This document shows, piece after piece, positions 1-12,800 of a stretch of DNA of 64,000 nucleotides. Each line of letters opens with the position of its first letter. Position 1 is the first letter of the stretch. The notes under the pieces are model-generated. The model worked only from the letters and a program-made list of their open reading frames with translations. It was not told where the DNA came from and searched no databases. The position numbers and the translations under genes are program-made. The DNA is from Auanema rhodensis (taxonomy: Eukaryota > Animalia > Nematoda), in contig OZ059898.1 in the NCBI GenBank assembly GCA_964057225.1, positions 20,274,001 through 20,338,000 on the forward strand, read 5' to 3'.

Positions 1-3000
1 AACCATGACTTTAAAGTTTACGTGTACTTTAATTTATGCTAATTAAGTGTACACATGATGTGCACTTGGTATGTAACTCGCTTCACGTCAAAGATAAAGA
101 GATGCGGTTTTCAAAATTAGATTCCCCATGTCCATATTAGTCTAAAAACAAATTTTTATTGATATTGGTGCATGGTAACTATGACTTTGAAATTTACGTG
201 AACTTTAATTTATGCTAATTAAGTGTACACATGATGTGCACTTGGTATGTAACTCGCTTCACGTCAAAGATAAAGAGATGCGGTTTTCAAAATTAGATTC
301 CTCATGTCCATATTAGTCTAAAAACAAATTTTTATTAATATTGGTGCATGGTAACCATGACTTTGAAATTTATGTGAACTTTAATTTATGCTAATTAAGT
401 GTACACATGATGTGCACTTGGTATGTAACTCGCTTCACGTGAAAGATAAAGAGATGCGGTTTTCAAAATTAGATTCCTCATGTCCATATTAGTCTAAAAA
501 CGAATTTTTATTGATATTGATGCATGGTAATCATGACTTTGAAATTTTCGTGAACTTTAATTTATGCTTATTAAGTGTACACGTGATGTGCACTTGGTAT
601 GTAACTCGCTTCACGTGAAAGATAAAGGGATGCGGTTTTCAAAATTAGATTCCCCATGTCCATATTAGTCTAAAAACAAATTTTTGTTGATATTGGTGGA
701 TGGTAACCATGACTTTGAAATTTACGTGAACTTTAATTTATGCTAATTAAGTGTACACGTGATGTGCACTTGGTATGTAACTCGCTTCACGTGAAAGATA
801 AAGAGATGCGATTTTCAAAATTAGATTTCGCATGTCCATATTAGTCTAAAAACGAATTTTTATTGATATTGGTGCATGGTAACCATGACTTTGAAATTTA
901 CGTGAACTTTAATTTATGCTAATTAAGTGTACACGTGATGTGCACTTGGTATGTAACTCGCTTCACGTGAAAGATAAAGAGATGCGGTTTTCAAAATTAG
1001 ATTCCCCATGTCCATATTAGTCTAAAAACAAATTTTTATTGATATTGGTGCATGGTAACCATGACTTTGAAATTTACGTGAACTTTAATTTATGCTAATT
1101 AAGTGTACACGTGATGTGCACTCGGTATGTAACTCGCTTCACGTGAAAGATAAAGAGATGCGGTTTTCAAAATTAGATTCCGCATGTCCATATTAGTCTA
1201 AAAACAAATTTTTATTGATATTGGTGCATGGTAACCATGACTTTGAAATTTACGTGAACTTTAATTTATGCTAATTAAGTGTACACGTGATGTGCACTTG
1301 GTATGTAACTCGCTTCACGTGAAAGATAAAGAGATGCGGTTTCCAAAATTAGATTTCGCATGTCCATATTAGTCTAAAAACAAATTTTTGTTGATATTTG
1401 TGGATGGTAACCATGACTTTGAAATTTACGTGAACTTTAATTTATGCTAATTAAGTGTACACATGATGTGCACTTGGTATGTAACTCGCTTCACGTCAAA
1501 GATAAAGAGATGCGGTTTTCAAAATTAGATTCCCCATGTCCATATTAGTCTAAAAACAAATTTTTATTGATATTGGTGCATGGTAACCATGACTTTGAAA
1601 TTTACGTGAACTTTAATTTATGCTAATTAAGTGTACACGTGATGTGCACTTGGTATGTAACTCGCTTCACGTGAAAGATAAAGAGATGCGGTTTTCAAAA
1701 TTAGATTCCCCATGTCCATATTAGTCTAAAAACAAATTTTTATTGATATTGGTGCATGGCAACCATGACTTTAAAGTTTACGTGTACTTTAATTTATGCT
1801 AATTAAGTGTACACATGATGTGCACTTGGTATGTAACTCGCTTCACGTCAAAGATAAAGAGATGCGGTTTTCAAAATTAGATTCCCCATGTCCATATTAG
1901 TCTAAAAACAAATTTTTATTGATATTGGTGCATGGTAACTATGACTTTGAAATTTACGTGAACTTTAATTTATGCTAATTAAGTGTACACATGATGTGCA
2001 CTTGGTATGTAACTCGCTTCACGTCAAAGATAAAGAGATGCGGTTTTCAAAATTAGATTCCTCATGTCCATATTAGTCTAAAAACAAATTTTTATTAATA
2101 TTGGTGCATGGTAACCATGACTTTGAAATTTATGTGAACTTTAATTTATGCTAATTAAGTGTACACATGATGTGCACTTGGTATGTAACTCGCTTCACGT
2201 GAAAGATAAAGAGATGCGGTTTTCAAAATTAGATTCCTCATGTCCATATTAGTCTAAAAACGAATTTTTATTGATATTGATGCATGGTAATCATGACTTT
2301 GAAATTTTCGTGAACTTTAATTTATGCTTATTAAGTGTACACGTGATGTGCACTTGGTATGTAACTCGCTTCACGTGAAAGATAAAGGGATGCGGTTTTC
2401 AAAATTAGATTCCCCATGTCCATATTAGTCTAAAAACAAATTTTTGTTGATATTGGTGGATGGTAACCATGACTTTGAAATTTACGTGAACTTTAATTTA
2501 TGCTAATTAAGTGTACACGTGATGTGCACTTGGTATGTAACTCGCTTCACGTGAAAGATAAAGAGATGCGATTTTCAAAATTAGATTTCGCATGTCCATA
2601 TTAGTCTAAAAACGAATTTTTATTGATATTGGTGCATGGTAACCATGACTTTGAAATTTACGTGAACTTTAATTTATGCTAATTAAGTGTACACGTGATG
2701 TGCACTTGGTATGTAACTCGCTTCACGTGAAAGATAAAGAGATGCGGTTTTCAAAATTAGATTCCCCATGTCCATATTAGTCTAAAAACAAATTTTTATT
2801 GATATTGGTGCATGGTAACCATGACTTTGAAATTTACGTGAACTTTAATTTATGCTAATTAAGTGTACACGTGATGTGCACTCGGTATGTAACTCGCTTC
2901 ACGTGAAAGATAAAGAGATGCGGTTTTCAAAATTAGATTCCGCATGTCCATATTAGTCTAAAAACAAATTTTTATTGATATTGGTGCATGGTAACCATGA

Positions 3001-3222
3001 CTTTGAAATTTACGTGAACTTTAATTTATGCTAATTAAGTGTACACGTGATGTGCACTTGGTATGTAACTCGCTTCACGTGAAAGATAAAGAGATGCGGT
3101 TTCCAAAATTAGATTTCGCATGTCCATATTAGTCTAAAAACAAATTTTTGTTGATATTTGTGGATGGTAACCATGACTTTGAAATTTACGTGAACTTTAA
3201 TTTATGCTAATTAAGTGTACAC
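1..3222 (+). repeat. 10-monomer (1760-bp) higher-order duplication
   Basis: 1-1462 matches 1761-3222, including rare variants TTAAAGTTTACGTGTAC (11/1771), GAAATTTTCG (541/2301) and CTCGGT (1121/2881). First difference seen at 1463/3223. Confidence 0.92.
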
Positions 3223-5669
3223 GTGATGTGCACTTGGTATGTAACTCGCTTCACGTGAAAGATGAAGAGATACGGTTTTCAAAATTAGGTTCCCCATGTC
3301 CATATTAGTCTAAAAACAAATTTTTATTAATTTTGGTGCATGGTAACCATGACTTTGAAATTTACGTGAACTTTAATTTATGCTAATTAAGTGTACACGT
3401 GAAGTGCACTTGGTATGTAACTCGCTTCACGTGAAAGATAAAGAGATGCGGTTTTCAAAATTAGATTCCCCATGACCATATTAGTCTAAAAACAAATTTT
3501 TATTGATATTGGTGCATGGTAACCATGACTTTGAAATTTACGTGAACTTTAATTTATGCTAATTAAGTGTACACGTGATGTGCACTTGGTATGTAACTCG
3601 CTTCACGTGAAAGATAAAGAGATGCGGTTTCCAAAATTAGATTTCGCATGTCCATATTAGTCTAAAAACAAATTTTTATTGATATTGGTGCATGGTAACC
3701 ATGACTTTGAAATTTACGTGAACTTCAATTTATGCTAATTAAGTGTACACGTGATGTGCACTTGGTATGTAACTCGCTTCACGTGAAAGATAAAGAGATG
3801 CGGTTTTCAAAATTAGATTCCCCATGTTTATATTAGTCTAAAAACAAATTTTTATTGATATTGGTGCATGGCAACCATGACTTTAAAATCTACGAGTACT
3901 TTAATTTATGCTAATTAAGTGTACACATGATGTGCACTTGGTATGTAACTCGCTTCACGTGAAAGATAAAGAGATGCGGTTTTCAAAATTAGATTCCTCA
4001 TGTCTATATTAGTCTAAAAACGAATTTTTATTGATATTGATGCATGGTAACCATGACTTTGAAATTTACGTGAACTTTAATTTATGCTTATTAAGTGTAC
4101 ACGTGATGTGCACTTGGTATGTAACTCGCTTCACGTCAAAGATAAAGCGATGCGGTTTTCAAAATTAGATTTCGCATGTCCATATTAGTCTAAAAACAAA
4201 TTTTTATTGATATTGGTGCATGGTAACCATGACTTTGAAATTTACGTGAACTTTAATTTATGCTAATTAAGTGTACACGTGATGTGCACTTGGTATGTAA
4301 CTCGCTTCACGTGAAAGATGAAGAGATGCGGTTTTCAAAATTAGGTTCCCCATGTCCATATTAGTCTAAAAACAAATTTTTGTTGATATTGGTGGATGGT
4401 AACCATGACTTTCAAATTTACGTGAACTTTAATTTATGCTAATTAAGTGTACACATGATGTGCACTTGGTATGTAACTCGCTTCACGTGAAAGATAAAGA
4501 GATGCGGTTTTCAAAATTAGATTTCGCATGTCCATATTAGTCTAAAAACAAATTTTTATTGATATTGGTGCATGGTAACCATGACTTTGAAATTTACGTG
4601 AACTTTAATTTATGCTAATTAAGTGTACACGTGATGTGCACTTGGTATGTAACTCGCTTCACGTGAAAGATAAAGAGATGCGGTTTTCAAAATTAGATTC
4701 CCCATGTCCATATTAGTCTAAAAACAAATTTTTATTGATATTGGTGCATGGTAACCATGACTTTGAAATTTACGTGAACTTTAATTTATGCTAATTAAGT
4801 GTACACGTGAAGTGCACTTGGTATGTAACTCGCTTCACGTGAAAGACAAAGAGATGCGGTTTTCAAAATTAGATTCCCCATGTCCATATTAGTCTAAAAA
4901 CAAATTTTTATTGATATTGGTGCATGGTAACCATGACTTTGAAATTTACGTGAACTTTAATTTATGCTAATTAAGTGTACACATGATGTGCACTTGGTAT
5001 GTAACTCGCTTCACGTGAAAGATAAAGAGATGCGGTTTTTAAAATTAGATTCCGCATGTCCATATTAGTCTAAAAACAAATTTTTATTGATATTGGTGCA
5101 TGGTAACCATGACTTTGAAATTTACGTGAACTTTAATTTATGCTAATTAAGTGTACACGTGATGTGCACTTGGTATGTAACTCGCTTCACGTGAAAGATA
5201 AAGAGATGCGGTTTCCAAAATTAGATTTCGCATGTCCATATTAGTCTAAAAACAAATTTTTGTTGATATTTGTGGATGGTAACCATGACTTTGAAATTTA
5301 CGTGAACTTTAATTTATGCTAATTAAGTGTACACGTGATGTGCACTTGGTATGTAACTCGCTTCACGTGAAAGATGAAGAGATGCGGTTTTCAAAATTAG
5401 GTTCCCCATGTCCATATTAGTCTAAAAACAAATTTTTATTGATATTGGTGCATGGTAACCATGACTTTGAAATTTACGTGAACTTTAATTTATGCTAATT
5501 AAGTGTACACGTGAAGTGCACTTGGTATGTAACTCGCTTCACGTGAAAGATAAAGAGATGCGGTTTTCAAAATTAAATTCCCCATGACCATATTAGTCTA
5601 AAAACAAATTTTTATTGATATTGGTGCATGGTAACCATGACTTTGAAATTTACGTGAACTTTAATTTAT

Positions 5670-7080
5670 GCTAATTAAGTGTACACATGATGTGCACTCG
5701 GTATGTAACTCGCTTCACGTGAAAGATAAAGAGATGCGGTTTTCAAAATTAGATTCCTCATGTCCATATTAGTCTAAAAACGAATTTTTATTGATATTGA
5801 TGCATGGTAACCATGACTTTGAAATTTACGTGAACTTTAATTTATGCTTATTAAGTGTACACGTGATGTGCACTTGGTATGTAACTCGCTTCACGTGAAA
5901 GATAAAGGGATGCGGTTTTCAAAATTAGATTCCCCATGTCCATATTAGTCTAAAAACAAATTTTTGTTGATATTGGTGGATGGTAACCATGACTTTGAAA
6001 TTTACGTGAACTTTAATTTATGCTAATTAAGTGTACACGTGATGTGCACTTGGTATGTAACTCGCTTCACGTGAAAGATGAAGAGATGCGGTTTTCAAAA
6101 TTAGGTTCCCCATGTCCATATTAGTCTAAAAACAAATTTTTGTTGATATTGGTGGATGGTAACCATGACTTTCAAATTTACGTGAACTTTAATTTATGCT
6201 AATTAAGTGTACACATGATGTGCACTTGGTATGTAACTCGCTTCACGTGAAAGATGAAGAGATGCGGTTTTCAAAATTAGATTTCGCATGTCCATATTAG
6301 TCTAAAAACAAATTTTTATTGATATTGGTGCATGGTAACCATGACTTTGAAATTTACGTGAACTTTAATTTATGCTAATTAAGTGTACACATGATGTGCA
6401 CTCGGTATGTAACTCGCTTCACGTGAAAGATAAAGAGATGCGGTTTTCAAAATTAGATTCCTCATGTCCATATTAGTCTAAAAACGAATTTTTATTGATA
6501 TTGATGCATGGTAACCATGACTTTGAAATTTACGTGAACTTTAATTTATGCTTATTAAGTGTACACGTGATGTGCACTTGGTATGTAACTCGCTTCACGT
6601 GAAAGATAAAGGGATGCGGTTTTCAAAATTAGATTCCCCATGTCCATATTAGTCTAAAAACAAATTTTTGTTGATATTGGTGGATGGTAACCATGACTTT
6701 GAAATTTACGTGAACTTTAATTTATGCTAATTAAGTGTACACGTGATGTGCACTTGGTATGTAACTCGCTTCACGTGAAAGATGAAGAGATGCGGTTTTC
6801 AAAATTAGGTTCCCCATGTCCATATTAGTCTAAAAACAAATTTTTGTTGATATTGGTGGATGGTAACCATGACTTTCAAATTTACGTGAACTTTAATTTA
6901 TGCTAATTAAGTGTACACATGATGTGCACTTGGTATGTAACTCGCTTTACGTGAAAGATGAAGAGATGCGGTTTTCAAAATTAGATTTCGCATGTCCATA
7001 TTAGTCTAAAAACAAATTTTTATTGATATTGGTGCATGGTAACCATGACTTTGAAATTTACGTGAACTTTAATTTATGCT
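5670..7080 (+). repeat. 4-monomer (704-bp) tandem duplication
   Basis: CACTCGG variant at 5699 and 6403, each followed by the same series (CCTCA/CGAA/TTGATG, AAGGGA, GATGAA/GGTTCC, TTTCAAA). Confidence 0.85.
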
Positions 7081-9848
7081 AATTAAGTGTACACATGATG
7101 TGCACTTGGTATGTAACTCGCTTCACGTCAAAGATAAAGAGATGCGGTTTTCAAAATTAGATTTGGCATGTCCATATTAGTCTAAAAACAAATTTTTATT
7201 GATATTGGTGCATGGTAACCATGACTTTGAAATTTACGTGAACTTTAATTTATGCTAATTAAGTGTACACATGATGTGCACTTGGTATGTAACTCGCTTC
7301 ACGTCAAAGATAAAGAGATGCGGTTTTCAAAATTAGATTTGGCATGTCCATATTAGTCTAAAAACAAATTTTTATTGATATTGGTGGATGGTAACCATGA
7401 CTTTCAAATTTACGTGAACTTCAATTTATGCTAATTAAGTGTACACGTGATGTGCACTTAGTATGACTCTCGCTTCGCGTCAACGATAAAGAGATGCGGT
7501 TTCCAAAATTAGATTCCCCATGTCCATATTAGTCTAAAAACAAATTTTTATTAATATTGGTGCATGGTAACCATGACTTTGAAATTTACGTGAACTTTAT
7601 TTATGCTAATTGAGTGTACACATGATGTGCACTTGGTATGTAACTCGCTTCACGTGAAAGATGAAGAGATGCGGTTTTCAAAATTAGATTTCGCATGTCC
7701 ATATTAGTCTAAAAACAAATTTTTATTGATATTGGTGCATGGTAACCATGACTTTGAAATTTACGTGAACTTTAATTTATGCTTATTAAGTGTACACGTG
7801 ATGTGCACTTGGTATGTAACTCGCTTCACGTCAAAGATAAAGCGATGCGGTTTTCAAAATTAGATTTCGCATGTCCATATTAGTCTAAAAACAAATTTTT
7901 ATTGATATTGGTGCATGGTAACCATGACTTTGAAATTTACGTGAACTTTAATTTATGCTAATTAAGTGTACACATGATGTGCACTTGGTATGTAACTCGC
8001 TTCACGTCAAAGATAAAGAGATGCGGTTTTCAAAATTAGATTTGGCATGTCCATATTAGTCTAAAAACAAATTTTTATTGATATTGGTGCATGGTAACCA
8101 TGACTTTGAAATTTACGTGAACTTTAATTTATGCTAATTAAGTGTACACATGATGTGCACTTGGTATGTAACTCGCTTCACGTCAAAGATAAAGAGATGC
8201 GGTTTTCAAAATTAGATTTGGCATGTCCATATTAGTCTAAAAACAAATTTTTATTGATATTGGTGGATGGTAACCATGACTTTCAAATTTACGTGAACTT
8301 CAATTTATGCTAATTAAGTGTACACGTGATGTGCACTTAGTATGTAACTCGCTTCGCGTCAACGATAAAGAGATGCGGTTTCCAAAATTAGATTTGGCAT
8401 GTCCATATTAGTCTAAAAACAAATTTTTATTGATATTGGTGCATGGTAACCATGACTTTGAAATTTACGTGAACTTTAATTTATGCTAATTAAGTGTACA
8501 CATGATGTGCACTTGGTATGTAACTCGCTTCACGTCAAAGATAAAGAGATGCGGTTTTCAAAATTAGATTTGGCATGTCCATATTAGTCTAAAAACAAAT
8601 TTTTATTGATATTGGTGGATGGTAACCATGACTTTCAAATTTACGTGAACTTCAATTTATGCTAATTAAGTGTACACGTGATGTGCACTTAGTATGTAAC
8701 TCGCTTCGCGTCAACGATAAAGAGATGCGGTTTCCAAAATTAGATTCCCCATGTCCATATTAGTCTAAAAACAAATTTTTATTAATATTGGTGCATGGTA
8801 ACCATGACTTTGAAATTTACGTGAACTTTATTTATGCTAATTGAGTGTACACATGATGTGCACTTGGTATGTAACTCGCTTCACGTGAAAGATAAAGAGG
8901 TGCGGTTTTCAAAATTAGATTCCGCATGTCCATATTAGTCTAAAAACAAATTTTTATTGATATTGGTGCATGGTAACCATGACTTTGAAATTTACGTGAA
9001 CTTTAATTTATGCTAATTAAGTGTACACGTGATGTGCACTTGGTATGTAACTCGCTTCACGTGAAAGATAAAGAGATGCGGTTTTCAAAATTAGATTCCC
9101 CATGTCCATATTAGTCTAAAAACAAATTTTTATTGATATTGGTGCATGGTAACCATGACTTTGAAATTTACGTGAACTTTAATTTATGCTAATTAAGTGT
9201 ACACGTGATGTGCACTTGGTATGTAACTCGCTTCACGAGAAAGATAAAAAGATGCGGTTTTCAAATTTAGATTTCGCGTGTCCATAATAGTCTAAAAACA
9301 AATTTTTATTGATATTGGTGCATGGTAACCATGACTTTGAAGTTTACGTGAACTTTAATTTATGCTAATTAAGTGTACACGTGAAGTGCACTTGGTATGT
9401 AACTCGCTTCACGTGAAAGATAAAGAGATGCGGTTTTCAAAATTAGATTCCCCATGTCCATATTAGTCTAAAAACAAATTTTTATTGATATTGGTGCATG
9501 GCAACCATGACTTTAAAATTTACGTGTACTTTAATTTGTGCTAATTAAGTGTACACATGATGTGCACTCGGTATGTAACTCGCTTCACGTGAAAGATAAA
9601 GAGATGCGGTTTTCAAAATTAGATTCCGCATGTCCATATTAGTCTAAAAACAAATTTTTATTGATATTGGTGCATGGTAACCATGACTTTGAAATTTACG
9701 TGAACTTTAATTTATGCTAATTAAGTGTACACGTGATGTGCACTTGGTGTGTAACTCGCTTCACGTGAAAGATAAAGAGATGCGGTTTTCAAAATTAGAT
9801 TTCCCATGTTTATATTAGTCTAAAAACAAATTTTTATTGATATTGGTG

Positions 9849-9870
9849 CATGGCAACCATGGTCATGCGG
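9849..9870. other. Strand-switch (inversion) junction inside the satellite array
   Basis: ...GCATGGCAACCATG|GTCATGCGGAATC...: the forward monomer ends at 9861 and the reverse monomer can be read from 9859 (shared ATG). The junction forms the palindrome ACCATGGT (9856-9863). Confidence 0.97.
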
Positions 9871-12800
9871 AATCTAATTTTGAAAACCGCACCTCTTTAT
9901 CTTTCACGTGAAGCGAGTTACATACCAAGTGCACATCATGTGTACACTCAATTAGCATAAATTAAAGTTCACGTAAATTTCAAAGTCATGGTTACCATGC
10001 ACCAATATCAATAAAAATTTGTTTTTAGACTAATATGGACATGGGGAATCTAATTTTGAAAACCGCATCTCTTTATCTTTCACGTGAAGCGAGTTACATA
10101 CCAAGTGCACTTCACGTGTACACTTAATTAGCATAAATTAAAGTTCACGTAAATTTCAAAGTCATGGTTACCATGCACCAATATCAATAAAAATTTGTTT
10201 TTAGACTAATATGGACATGGGGAATCTAATTTTGAAAACCGCATCTCTTTATCTTTCACGTGAAGCGAGTTACATACCAAGTGCACATCACGTGTACACT
10301 TAATTAGCATAAATTAAAGTTCACGTAAATTTCAAAGTCATGGTTACCATGCACCAATATCAATAAAAATTTGTTTTTAGACTAATATGGACATGCGAAA
10401 TCTAATTTTGAAAACCGCATCTCTTTATCTTTCACGTGAAGCGAGTTACATACCAAGTGCACATCATGTGTACACTTAATTAGCATAAATTAAAGTTCAC
10501 GTAAATTTGAAAGTCATGGTTACCATCCACCAATATCAACAAAAATTTGTTTTTAGACTAATATGGACATGGGGAACCTAATTTTGAAAACCGCATCTCT
10601 TCATCTTTCACGTGAAGCGAGTTACATACCAAGTGCACATCACGTGTACACTTAATTAGCATAAATTAAAGTTCACGTAAATTTCAAAGTCATGGTTACC
10701 ATGCACCAATATCAATAAAAATTTGTTTTTAGACTAATATGGACATGCGAAATCTAATTTTGAAAACCGCATCGCTTTATCTTTGACGTGAAGCGAGTTA
10801 CATACCAAGTGCACATCACGTGTACACTTAATAAGCATAAATTAAAGTTCACGTAAATTTCAAAGTCATGGTTACCATGCATCAATATCAATAAAAATTC
10901 GTTTTTAGACTAATATAGACATGAGGAATCTAATTTTGAAAACCGCATCTCTTTATCTTTCACGTGAAGCGAGTTACATACCAAGTGCACATCATGTGTA
11001 CACTTAATTAGCATAAATTAAAGTACTCGTAGATTTTAAAGTCATGGTTGCCATGCACCAATATCAATACAAATTTGTTTTTAGACTAATATAAACATGG
11101 GGAATCTAATTTTGAAAACCGCATCTCTTTATCTTTCACGTGAAGCGAGTTACATACAAAGTGCACATCACGTGTACACTTAATTAGCATAAATTGAAGT
11201 TCACGTAAATTTCAAAGTCATGGTTACCATGCACCAATATCAATAAAAATTTGTTTTTAGACTAATATGGACATGCGAAATCTAATTTTGGAAACCGCAT
11301 CTCTTTATCTTTCACGTGAAGCGAGTTACATACCAAGTGCACATCACGTGTACACTTAATTAGCATAAATTAAAGTTCACGTAAATTTCAAAGTCATGGT
11401 TACCATGCACCAATATCAATAAAAATTTGTTTTTAGACTAATATGGACATGCGAAATCTAATTTTGAAAACCGCATCTCTTTATCTTTCACGTGAAGCGA
11501 GTTACATACCAAGTGCACATCATGTGTACACTTAATTAGCATAAATTAAAGTTCACGTAAATTTGAAAGTCATGGTTACCATCCACCAATATCAACAAAA
11601 ATTTGTTTTTAGACTAATATGGACATGGGGAACCTAATTTTGAAAACCGCATCTCTTTATCTTTCACGTGAAGCGAGTTACATACCAAGTGCACATCATG
11701 TGTACACTTAATTAGCATAAATTAAAGTTCACGTAAATTTGAAAGTCATGGTTACCATCCACCAATATCAACAAAAATTTGTTTTTAGACTAATATGGAC
11801 ATGCGAAATCTAATTTTGAAAACCGCATCTCTTTATCTTTCACGTGAAGCGAGTTACATACCAAGTGCACATCATGTGTACACTTAATTAGCATAAATTA
11901 AAGTTCACGTAAATTTGAAAGTCATGGTTACCATCCACCAATATCAACAAAAATTTGTTTTTAGACTAATATGGACATGGGGAACCTAATTTTGAAAACC
12001 GCATCTCTTCATCTTTCACGTGAAGCGAGTTACATACCAAGTGCACATCACGTGTACACTTAATTAGCATAAATTAAAGTTCACGTAAATTTCAAAGTCA
12101 TGGTTACCATGCACCAATATCAATAAAAATTTGTTTTTAGACTAATATGGACATGCGAAATCTAATTTTGAAAACCGCATCGCTTTATCTTTGACGTGAA
12201 GCGAGTTACATACCAAGTGCACATCACGTGTACACTTAATAAGCATAAATTAAAGTTCACGTAAATTTGAAAGTCATGGTTACCATCCACCAATATCAAC
12301 AAAAATTTGTTTTTAGACTAATATGGACATGGGGAACCTAATTTTGAAAACCGCATCTCTTTATCTTTCACGTGAAGCGAGTTACATACCAAGTGCACAT
12401 CACGTGTACACTTAATTAGCATAAATTAAAGTTCACGTAAATTTCAAAGTCATGGTTACCATGCACCAATATCAATAAAAATTTGTTTTTAGACTAATAT
12501 GGACATGCGAAATCTAATTTTGAAAACCGCATCGCTTTATCTTTGACGTGAAGCGAGTTACATACCAAGTGCACATCACGTGTACACTTAATAAGCATAA
12601 ATTAAAGTTCACGTAAATTTCAAAGTCATGGTTACCATGCACCAATATCAATAAAAATTTGTTTTTAGACTAATATGGACATGCGAAATCTAATTTTGAA
12701 AACCGCATCTCTTTATCTTTCACGTGAAGCGAGTTACATACCAAGTGCACATCACGTGTACACTTAATTAGCATAAATTAAAGTTCACGTAAATTTCAAA

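Larger units (their letters stand above)
1..9861 (+). repeat. 176-bp tandem satellite array, forward-orientation block (about 56 monomers, subfamily A)
   Basis: The unit AACCATGACTTTGAAATTTACGTGAAC...GATATTGGTGCATGGT recurs every 176 bp (starts at 1, 177, 353, ... 881), with only a few SNPs per copy. Two 1-bp deletions at about 7600 and 8830. Orientation label is arbitrary. Confidence 0.99.

Noticed and set aside
1-176. Assignment to known 171-178 bp satellites (Brassica CentBr, Arabidopsis CEN178, primate alpha satellite, honeybee AluI repeat)
   Set aside because: Only the length is similar. I recognise no sequence similarity, and the consensus has no HindIII or AluI (AGCT) site and no evident CENP-B box. 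A database search is needed.
1-176. Tandem 5S rRNA, tRNA or snRNA gene array
   Set aside because: No recognisable 5S, tRNA or snRNA sequence or Pol III A/B/C boxes in the unit.
9849-9870. Transposon insertion or footprint at the strand switch
   Set aside because: All bases are explained by satellite sequence. No foreign DNA, terminal repeats or target-site duplication.
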